From an uncultured candidate division Zixibacteria bacterium (lineage in GTDB: Bacteria; Zixibacteria; MSB-5A5; UBA10806): a stretch of 64,000 bases of DNA. A program made the translations under genes and the position numbers. The notes under the pieces were generated by a model. That model was given only the letters and a program-made list of their open reading frames with translations, was not told the origin of the DNA and did no database searches. Position 1 is the first letter of the stretch. Every line of letters begins with the position of its first letter. Below, one piece after another: positions 49,651 to 57,263 of the stretch. The stretch is taken from contig CAWDFP010000006.1 in assembly GCA_963801605.1 (NCBI GenBank), positions 1,760,001-1,824,000 on the forward strand, in the 5' to 3' direction.

Positions 49651-50772
49651 CTAAAATAACCCCTGGGTTTTGTCGCGAATCATATCGCTTGCAACCATGA
49701 CGGCTCTATCGAGCGAAAGAAGCCTGGTGGATTCAAATCGTCCGCGGTAGCTTGCCTTGGCGCTGGCCGGAGATGAGTAAAATTCGATTTCGGAAAAAAT
49801 ATCGCTTTTATAAACCTGTGCTTCCGGATGGTTGGTCGTATCTATCTGTCCTTTGGAAAGCTTGATAAAGATAGCGTCGCCATTATCGCTGAGATGGCTG
49901 AAAATCGTAATTTTTGAATCTTTAAATAGGGCCGCTACCGAAAGAGCATGCAAAGCGCTGGCGGCATAAATCGGCTCGCTTAAAGGATTCCCCTTGTTAT
50001 CGTCAATAAGAACTTTATACCCCTGATAATATAATGCCCAGGGATATGCGTAGCGAATCTCGCGATCAGCGCCGAGGACGATACATCCCATATCATCGAG
50101 TTTGAGCAGCGCATTTTGCACCCTGGCTCGATCAATTTTTAGCGAATCGGCAATTTCATCAGCCTGGGGGATGTGGCCTAACCTGGGAGTTTCCAGCAGA
50201 AGATGCCTATATACTTTTGCTTCATTGCCTTTAAATATCGGGATGGCTGTAAGCTCGGCCTTGTATCCGTCAAAGGCCAATTGCTGGCCGAACCATTTAT
50301 CGGAAGTCATCGAAAATAAAAAGGTTAGCCCCAGTGTCAGCGCTATGGTCACCATGCCGACCAGGGCGTTGAGAATTTTCTTATCCGGTTTTAGGAATGC
50401 CGAGCCATAGATAAAAATAATGATAGGATAAATCCCAAAGTAGCTGAGAAGTGATTTTCGCGCGATAAAATATATCGTCAACCCGATAAGGGGCAGGCAT
50501 AATCCCGTCAATCGCATCGCCCTGATCAGCGGCTCTTTGGCTCCCAGAACAAACGCTCCGGCAGTCGACAGAATCGCAAGGACAAATAATAAAGCAAAAG
50601 TAATCAGAAAAATGTAAATGCCGCTTTTAAGATTGGTTGCGGCCTCGTAAGAAAAAAGTGCGCCGAATGCCAGATAGAGAAAAAAGAAAGATCCCCAGCC
50701 CTCGAATCCATTTTCAATATAATTACGAAAACCTGAGGGAATGAAAAAATACGCCTTAATCGCCTGATTCAT
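49651..50772 (-). CDS. 5-TM (Yip1-like) membrane protein fused to a MerB-fold domain lacking MerB cysteines
   Basis: Five hydrophobic helices, then wHTH and YAASALHAL / SHLSDNG / IEFYSS aligning to MerB YAWCALDTL / SHCAATG / VHFFAS. Confidence 0.65.
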   Translation of the reverse strand: MNQAIKAYFFIPSGFRNYIENGFEGWGSFFFLYLAFGALFSYEAATNLKSGIYIFLITFALLFVLAILSTAGAFVLGAKEPLIRAMRLTGLCLPLIGLTIYFIARKSLLSYFGIYPIIIFIYGSAFLKPDKKILNALVGMVTIALTLGLTFLFSMTSDKWFGQQLAFDGYKAELTAIPIFKGNEAKVYRHLLLETPRLGHIPQADEIADSLKIDRARVQNALLKLDDMGCIVLGADREIRYAYPWALYYQGYKVLIDDNKGNPLSEPIYAASALHALSVAALFKDSKITIFSHLSDNGDAIFIKLSKGQIDTTNHPEAQVYKSDIFSEIEFYSSPASAKASYRGRFESTRLLSLDRAVMVASDMIRDKTQGLF

Positions 50773-50781
50773 TGAATTTCC

Positions 50782-51540
50782 TTAAGCCAGGGAATAACCG
50801 CCATCAACCACCAAAACCTGACCAGTGATCCATTTAGCCTTTTCGGAGCAGAGGAAACAGACCACGTCGGCAACCTCCTCCGGCTGTCCGACTCGGCGGA
50901 ATGGCGTGCGCCGAACGACTTCATCGAGCATTTCCTGGTAACTGGGAAATCCTTTCAACGCATCGGTATCAATAAAACCGCCCGAAACGGTATTAACATT
51001 GATGAGATGCGGAGCCAGTTCAAAGGCCAGATATCTCGTAAGTGTTTCGATCGCAGCTTTTGAGGCTCCAATTGCGGCGTAGCCCGTGATATAGCGGACT
51101 GAACCAAGCGATGAGAGCGCCACAATTTTAGCTCCGTCGGGCATCATATCTCGGGCGATTTGCACTGAACGTAGAAATGCCCAGGCGTTAGTGTCCATGG
51201 AAAGATGCCAGGCCTTTTCATCGAGGTCTCCGGCCGAGGTGAATACGCCCAGGGCGGCGTTGGAAATGAAGATATCGAGACGGCCGTACTTTTCCCTGAC
51301 CTCGTCGAAAACTTTATGCATTTTTTCAGTATTTCCGATATTACAACGGATGGCCAGATGATCGCCTCCGATTTCGGACAGCTCTTTCATCATCTGGTCG
51401 GCGGCATTGCGGCTTTTGAAGTAATTGACTGCAACATTCGCTCCACCGGCTGCCAGTTTCAGCGCAATCGATTTGCCGATTCCCTTGGTGCCGCCCGTGA
51501 CAAGCGCAACCTTGCCCTCAAATTCTTTACAATTGTCCAT
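50782..51540 (-). CDS. fabL: Enoyl-ACP reductase FabL-type SDR
   Basis: TGGTKGIG, NAALGV, SSLGSVRY, YxxxxxSK, VSGG.IDTDALK.FP close to Bacillus FabL. Confidence 0.85.
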   Translation of the reverse strand: MDNCKEFEGKVALVTGGTKGIGKSIALKLAAGGANVAVNYFKSRNAADQMMKELSEIGGDHLAIRCNIGNTEKMHKVFDEVREKYGRLDIFISNAALGVFTSAGDLDEKAWHLSMDTNAWAFLRSVQIARDMMPDGAKIVALSSLGSVRYITGYAAIGASKAAIETLTRYLAFELAPHLINVNTVSGGFIDTDALKGFPSYQEMLDEVVRRTPFRRVGQPEEVADVVCFLCSEKAKWITGQVLVVDGGYSLA

Positions 51541-51652
51541 CTTGCCTCCGAATAAAGTTCTGATACTTAATAATAACCACTAATAATAATAATATACATC
51601 GTTTATATGCAAGGTTTAATGCAATAATAGAGTCCGAATTCGAATCTTTCGA

Positions 51653-51680
51653 TTGCATTCCTCAGGAATGATGATATAAT
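51653..51680 (+). promoter_or_regulatory. Sigma70 promoter with palindromic operator in the spacer
   Basis: TTGCAT-16 nt-TATAAT with extended TG; perfect CATTCCT-C-AGGAATG palindrome at 51656-51670. Confidence 0.65.
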
Positions 51681-51760
51681 AAGTCGGGGCTGTTAAAGTC
51701 AGCGGCTGCTGCCAGGTTCTTTAAACCAATACGCCACATTTTCTATTTTGGAGGTTTGTC

Positions 51761-52642
51761 ATGCTTTGGAATTTCAAAAGCCCCGTTGATTCTTCAACTC
51801 ATAAATGGTCTATGGCAAGGCAGGAAGCCTGGGACGATTGCCAGAGGAAATATTATTACCAATACAGGGGCTCCGCGAAACAATCCAAACATCCGCAAAA
51901 AGATCAAATTACGAAGCTCAAACAAAAAAGAACCTTAGCGCATCTAAAAGGAGAGATCGTTCATGCTGCGCTGTCCGACTATATCCGTTATTTTAGTGAA
52001 GGCAAACCGGAAGCGATGACAACGCTGTTCGAAACCCGCTGGTCCAAAATGATAGCAAAACCCGAGGATGCGCTGATCGAGTTCACCAATGGCCGGGGAT
52101 TGGCTGCGGCTCTCATCGAACAGGCCCGAATTGACTCCCTGAAGCTTTTGGATAATTTTGTCCAAATGTGGCCGGAGTATGAGAAGGATGAAATTCTCTA
52201 TATCGATGATCCCGATGATTATCCCGGATGGTTTAATTGCGGGGGTTTGGGAGTTTACGGAAGGCCGCATTTGATTGTTAAACGTGATAAAAATACAATT
52301 GTGAACTGGAAAACCGGAGAGGAACCCGATGATTTCTCCGATAATATTTACGAAATGTCGACTTCGATTTATATGGCCTGTTTCGATTACAATGGGAATA
52401 TCAGGGCTTACCCGGAGGAGTTCGAGGGGCTGTTTCAATACCTGCCCACCAAATCCAAATCGAAAAAAATAACTCGGACGCAAAACGACTATGAGCAATT
52501 TATTGAATCTATCGACGAGATAATAAACGATTTACCCGATTCATTTATGGAAGAACGATATATCCCGGATCCCGCTAAATGGAAATGCAAAAACTGCAAT
52601 TTCGCAACCGTTTGTCATGATGGCAGGCAGCTTCTGGATTAA
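51761..52642 (+). CDS. PD-(D/E)XK (AddB/Cas4-like) Fe-S protein with substituted catalytic residues
   Basis: WS.......DCQRKYY, G..VH, GRPH, VNWKTG, C-terminal CKNCNFATVC. Confidence 0.75.
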   Translation: MLWNFKSPVDSSTHKWSMARQEAWDDCQRKYYYQYRGSAKQSKHPQKDQITKLKQKRTLAHLKGEIVHAALSDYIRYFSEGKPEAMTTLFETRWSKMIAKPEDALIEFTNGRGLAAALIEQARIDSLKLLDNFVQMWPEYEKDEILYIDDPDDYPGWFNCGGLGVYGRPHLIVKRDKNTIVNWKTGEEPDDFSDNIYEMSTSIYMACFDYNGNIRAYPEEFEGLFQYLPTKSKSKKITRTQNDYEQFIESIDEIINDLPDSFMEERYIPDPAKWKCKNCNFATVCHDGRQLLD

Positions 52643-52666
52643 TAGGTTTTGGCAGGTTCTGAAATT

Positions 52667-52753
52667 TGGTGCCGGAGGGGGGACTTGAACCCCCACGGAC
52701 TTACATCCACTGCGCCCTGAACACAGCGTGTCTGCCAATTCCACCACTCCGGC
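52667..52753 (-). tRNA. tRNA-Leu (CAG), CCA encoded
   Basis: GCCGGAGTGGTGGAATTGGCAGACACGCTGTGTTCAGGGCGCAGT...GGGGGTTCAAGTCCCCCCTCCGGCACCA; long variable arm. Confidence 0.95.
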
Positions 52754-52991
52754 GTCCGCGTTTTCACAAGCCAAAAGGTTGTGAAAACAGGTCCAATAAT
52801 ATAGCAATATCTATGAATCATGCAAGGTGAATTTGTTGGCGGGAGTTTTCAAAATTGTAGATCGACGATAGTAACGGGCCGCCGGCTAATTCTTATATCG
52901 TAACAATGGCACGGATTGGTATTATTTATCCCTTGCGACAAATACAGAATTCTCCTACAATAAAAAAGAGTTTGAATTGACGGGATATTTA

Positions 52992-53399
52992 ATGGCGCAA
53001 GAAAATAAACCCTACAGCCATCTAAATTTTGAGCATCGCGGCCAGGCACTTCTACCGCGCAAAACCTTTGTGCGCCGCTTTATATTTACTGCCTCCATAA
53101 GCGTTTTAATCCTGCTGGTTTGGGTGTTTGTTGGAATGATCGGCTATCACGGGCTGGCCGGCCTGGGATGGGTGGATTCATTTCTCAATACAGCGATGAT
53201 CGTTGGAGGGATGGGGCCTGTTGATACCCTGAATAACGATGCCGCCAAGATATTTGCAGGTTTCTTCGCGATATTCAGCGGAGTGTTATTTTTAAGCGCC
53301 TTTGCTCTTATGGCTGCGCCGATATTTCATCGTTTCCTGCATAAATTTCATTTGGAAGGCAGCGATAAAATCGAACGCTCCAAAAAGAATCTGGAATAA
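52992..53399 (+). CDS. Small 2-TM membrane protein with K-channel-like pore segment (GGMGP)
   Basis: TM1-W.DSFLN.AMIVGGMGP-TM2 architecture; upstream TTGCGA-17-TACAAT. Confidence 0.6.
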   Translation: MAQENKPYSHLNFEHRGQALLPRKTFVRRFIFTASISVLILLVWVFVGMIGYHGLAGLGWVDSFLNTAMIVGGMGPVDTLNNDAAKIFAGFFAIFSGVLFLSAFALMAAPIFHRFLHKFHLEGSDKIERSKKNLE

Positions 53400-53548
53400 T
53401 TCGGAAATCCTCGAATTATATTCATATACCAGCAATATTTGACATAACCTATAGGTTTTCCGATTAATCCTTTCCTCAAGAAACACCCGCGGTTCCGCAT
53501 GAGTTCTTATTCCACTAAGATGAAAAGTCATTTAACGGGAGGATTATT

Positions 53549-54196
53549 TTGAAAATAGGAATACTCGGATCAGGTATGGTAGCCCAGCAATTGGGATTGG
53601 GATTTCTCAAACTGGGCAATGATGTTAAATTAGGGACTCGTCATCCCGAAAAGCTTGAAAAATGGCTCAAACAGGCAGGGGAGAAGGCATCGATTGGCAG
53701 TTTCGAGGACGCCGCTAAATTTGGGGAAATAGTTGTTTTGGCCACTAAATGGGCTGATGATGCCACACAAGAAGCTATTCGGCTCTCAGGCAAGCAGAAT
53801 TTTGCCGGCAAAGTGGTTATGGATGTGACCAATCCGCTGGTTTCGGGAGGAGAGAATCAACCGCCCAAGCTGGCATTCGGATATCCCGATTCAGCCGGAG
53901 CAACGATTCAGGGATGGCTTCCCGAATCCAAAGTTGTCAAGGCATTCAATATCATTACCGCCTACTACATGGCTAACCCCAGGCTCAAGGAAGGCACTCC
54001 TGATATGTTTATCGCGGGAAATGATGCCTCCGCCAAAAAGTTGCTCAGCGATATTGCAATCAAATGGGGCTGGGAGATTCATGATATTGGCGGGATTGAG
54101 CAATCTTACCTTTTGGAGGCGCTTGCCATGCTGTGGATCAGATATGGGGTGCTTAATAATTATTGGAAGCATGCTTTTAAACTGTTAAAAGAGTAA
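53549..54196 (+). CDS. NADP-dependent oxidoreductase, F420-dependent/FNO-like family
   Basis: KIGILGSG.VA, GTR, DVTNPL, VVKAFN. Confidence 0.8.
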   Translation: MKIGILGSGMVAQQLGLGFLKLGNDVKLGTRHPEKLEKWLKQAGEKASIGSFEDAAKFGEIVVLATKWADDATQEAIRLSGKQNFAGKVVMDVTNPLVSGGENQPPKLAFGYPDSAGATIQGWLPESKVVKAFNIITAYYMANPRLKEGTPDMFIAGNDASAKKLLSDIAIKWGWEIHDIGGIEQSYLLEALAMLWIRYGVLNNYWKHAFKLLKE

Positions 54197-54389
54197 ATTC
54201 AACTTCCCGCGCACCCAGCTTTTGCATCAATTAGTGGTCAATAAGGCAATGGCACCGAATACCCTTGACAAGAGTATAAACGGGCGGTAATAATTGTTTG
54301 CGTTGTTCTTTTTTAAAAATCCGTAAAGGAACAATATTATCAATTAATTTAGGCCCGACTCATTTTGGATAAGAAAGAATAAGCCGCCG

Positions 54390-55700
54390 ATGTATTGGGT
54401 AAGCAAAACGCTTCATCGCTTGGGACGAATCAAACATCAGCTCGTAATATTTATGGCCGTTTTGGGGCCGGGCATTATTACGATGGTGGCTGATAATGAT
54501 GCCGGCGGCATTTCGACTTATGCGGTTACAGGTTCTAAGTATGGTTTCAACCTGCTCTGGGTTTTTATCATCCTGATTCCCATGGCGTATTACGTTCAGG
54601 AAATGACTGTCCGTCTGGGGGCTGTAACCAAGCGCGGGCATGCCGAGGCAATTTTTGACGGTTTCGGTTCATTCTGGGGCTGGTTTTCGCTCTTTGATCT
54701 GGGGGTTGTCAACTGGCTTACCTTGATTACCGAATATATCGGAATGATCGCGGCCTGGAGCATGTTTGGCATAAATCCTATTATTACATTTATCGTGGTT
54801 ACCGCAATTTTGATGGCAGTAGTCATGACCGGAAAATACTGGACTTTTGAAAAACTCACCCTGGCTTTCTGCATTTTCAATTTCGTATATATCCCGGCCG
54901 CAATCTGGGCGATGCATATACCATCAGCCCCAGGATGGGGGGCAGTTTTTAAGGGCTTTTATCATCCTCATTTCCCCAACGGAGTAACTCCCGATCTAAT
55001 ATTTATTATTATGGCCTGTATCGGGACTACAATCACTCCCTGGCAGATATTTTTCCAGCAAAGCGCGGTGGTGGATAAGGGCGTTGATATTCACGATGTC
55101 AAATATGGCAAGCTCGATACTTTCGCCGGTTCGTTTTTAACCGGGCTTGTGGCCATATTCATTATCATTGCCACCGGGGCGGCCTTTTATTATCATCAGC
55201 CGCCAATTACCGTACAGGATGCCACCCAAACCGCCAATGCTTTAGCACCGATTTTACCCGCAGGCGAGGGACATTGGGCCAGAATTTTATTTGCTATCGG
55301 CCTATTTGACGCCGGCTTTTTGGGGGCGCTATGTATTTCGCTTTCAACATCCTGGGCGTTTGGCGAAATATTCGGATGGGCACATTCACTTAATAGGAGC
55401 GTCAAGGACGCTCCCTGGTTCTACGTAGTTTATCTTCTGACACTGGTAACAGCCGGTGCGGTTGTTCTGATTCCCGGAGCGCCTCTCATCATCATTACGA
55501 TGTTTGTACAAGTTGTGGCAGTAACATTGTTACCAGCGGCCCTGATATTTTTAATCTTGCTCCTGAACGATAAAGACCTGATGGGCCAGCATACCAACAC
55601 ACGATTTCAGAACATTGCCAATTGGGGAATCGTAATATTTGTTATAGTCATGTCAACTTTATTCGCCATATCGGTGCTGTTTCCGAACGTGTTTGCCTGA
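54390..55700 (+). CDS. NRAMP-related divalent metal (probably Mg2+) transporter
   Basis: GPG....ADNDAGG, QEM.VRLG, GTTITPWQ.FFQQS; about 11 TM. Confidence 0.85.
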   Translation: MYWVSKTLHRLGRIKHQLVIFMAVLGPGIITMVADNDAGGISTYAVTGSKYGFNLLWVFIILIPMAYYVQEMTVRLGAVTKRGHAEAIFDGFGSFWGWFSLFDLGVVNWLTLITEYIGMIAAWSMFGINPIITFIVVTAILMAVVMTGKYWTFEKLTLAFCIFNFVYIPAAIWAMHIPSAPGWGAVFKGFYHPHFPNGVTPDLIFIIMACIGTTITPWQIFFQQSAVVDKGVDIHDVKYGKLDTFAGSFLTGLVAIFIIIATGAAFYYHQPPITVQDATQTANALAPILPAGEGHWARILFAIGLFDAGFLGALCISLSTSWAFGEIFGWAHSLNRSVKDAPWFYVVYLLTLVTAGAVVLIPGAPLIIITMFVQVVAVTLLPAALIFLILLLNDKDLMGQHTNTRFQNIANWGIVIFVIVMSTLFAISVLFPNVFA

Positions 55701-57001
55701 GGTGTTTATGGAAATGCGGCATAGTAAAAAATTCGTATTGCCTGGCGATTCCGGGATCGGCCAGGATTTCCGATTTCTTTATTTCTCAGAGCTATTAAAA
55801 AAGCCGGTGGTATCCGGTAATATTAAGAATCGAATTGGCAAGCTCACCGATCTGGTTTTTCGTTTAAGTGAGACATACCCCGAAGCCGTCGGAATATACC
55901 TTGAATATGGTTGGGGAAAACCGACAGAGTTTATTCCCTGGGATAAAGTGATTAAAATCGAGGACGATGCCATATTCGTGCAGCCGCCTCCGGATGGCGG
56001 TCAATATCCTCCGTTCGCGGATCAGGTGGGCTGGGTGATGCTAAACCGCCATTTGATGGGCCGGACGATTCTCGATATGGATGGCCGCCGTATCGAGGTG
56101 GTTAATGATGTACATCTGCTCGAATCGCGCGGGCGGATGATAATTGTTCACGTGGATATTTCGTTTAACGGCTTCTTGCGCAGGCTCGGACTTCGGAAAG
56201 CCCGCTGGCTAAAAGAAAGGTTAATCTCCTGGAAATATGTTCAGCCGCTTTCGGTGGAGGATGCCGCTGCCACTGACGCTGTATCGCTTTCCATAACTCG
56301 AAAATCGGTTAAGGACCTTCCCAGCGAAGACCTGGCAGATGCTCTGGAAGAGCTTTCAGGCGATGAGCAAGAGGCGTTTTTCTCAGCTCTCGACCGCGAA
56401 TCCGCCGCCGATGCTTTGGTCGAAGCCGAGCCGCGCGTGCAGAGGCAGCTTATAGCCAGCCTTCGAAACGAAAGGGCCAAGGCGATCCTTTCTGAGCTAT
56501 CAATTGCTCAATTGGCTGACCTGTTTACGGTCTTGCCTCGCGATCAAATGGTCCAACTCCTTTCGCTGGTACCATCCGAGGACGCCAAGCGAATTCGAGG
56601 CATTCTTTCCGAACGGGAGCAAACCGCATCAGGGACTTATGTCACCCGAATTTGTGACCGCTCTACCGGGCGATATGGTGGCCGATGTTCTTAAGGGTAT
56701 CCGAGCCTCCAAAAGAGAACATGATGAGATCAGCTATATTTATATTGTCGATCCCGAAAAAAATCTGTTAGGCGTCGTTGATATCCGAGAGCTCCTTTTG
56801 GCGGCGGATGACACCGTTATGGAGCGGATAATGACTACCCCGGTTGTCGAGGCTGAATCAACGGACCTTCGAGAGGACCTGGAGGAGATGTTTGTGAAAT
56901 ATCATTACCGGATGATCCCGGTTGTGGAGGGTACTCGCATAATCGGAGTGGCCTATTATAATCACATTATGAAAGGACTCGTCACCCGAGCCAAAACCTG
57001 A
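55693..57001 (+). CDS. Soluble PRC-barrel + MgtE N-domain + CBS pair protein; +1 frameshift ~56632
   Basis: DLADALEEL repeats; removing one G gives TASGLMSPEFV followed by YIYIVD...LLGVV.IRELL CBS pair; no MgtE TM domain. Confidence 0.82.
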
Positions 57002-57009
57002 GGAATGTT

Positions 57010-57129
57010 ATGCCAAAAGTAAAATTGACTCGCACCGTACGAGTGGCGTTGATATTTTTGCGGATATATCTTTTGGCCATGCTGGGCTTGATAATATTCA
57101 AATTCATAAACGCATACGTAATTAAGTAA
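57010..57129 (+). CDS. 39-aa single-TM micro-protein (not in ORF track)
   Basis: MPKVKLTRTVRVALIFLRIYLLAMLGLIIFKFINAYVIK*, GAGGA RBS right after the CBS gene stop. Confidence 0.7.
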   Translation: MPKVKLTRTVRVALIFLRIYLLAMLGLIIFKFINAYVIK

Positions 57130-57263
57130 CATATTTATATTGATGGTGTTACGCGATATCCATTGTCCGTTACTTTAAGCCTGTAAAATAATAATAAAAG
57201 TGGAATCATCCTTCTGATTCCCTTAATACTTTATGCTTACTAAAACCGGACTTCTGGTCGCAC

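Noticed and set aside
49646..49700. preQ1 riboswitch upstream of yhhQ
   Set aside because: Only 5 nt separate yhhQ from the upstream CDS, and no preQ1 consensus is visible
49651..50772. Mercury-resistance (mer) operon
   Set aside because: No merA, merR, merT or merP, and the MerB catalytic residues are absent
51486..51494. TGGTGCCG match to the tRNA-Leu 3' end as a possible att site
   Set aside because: Too short and encodes the GGTKG Rossmann motif of fabL
51568..51593. (AAT)n micro-repeat upstream of fabL
   Set aside because: Short low-complexity AT-rich promoter sequence with no evidence of a functional tandem repeat
51944..52498. Long antisense or alternative-frame ORFs (this one, 18619-19125, 37185-37640, 59740-60237 and others)
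   Set aside because: They shadow well-supported genes on the opposite strand and show no motifs or RBS
51761..52642. Cas4 / CRISPR-Cas interpretation of the PD-(D/E)XK gene
   Set aside because: No repeat-spacer array or other cas genes in the window
54197..54389. M-box or yybP-ykoY riboswitch upstream of the NRAMP-like gene
   Set aside because: Only a TTGACA-17-TAATAA promoter-like element and a weak AT-rich hairpin; no recognizable aptamer consensus
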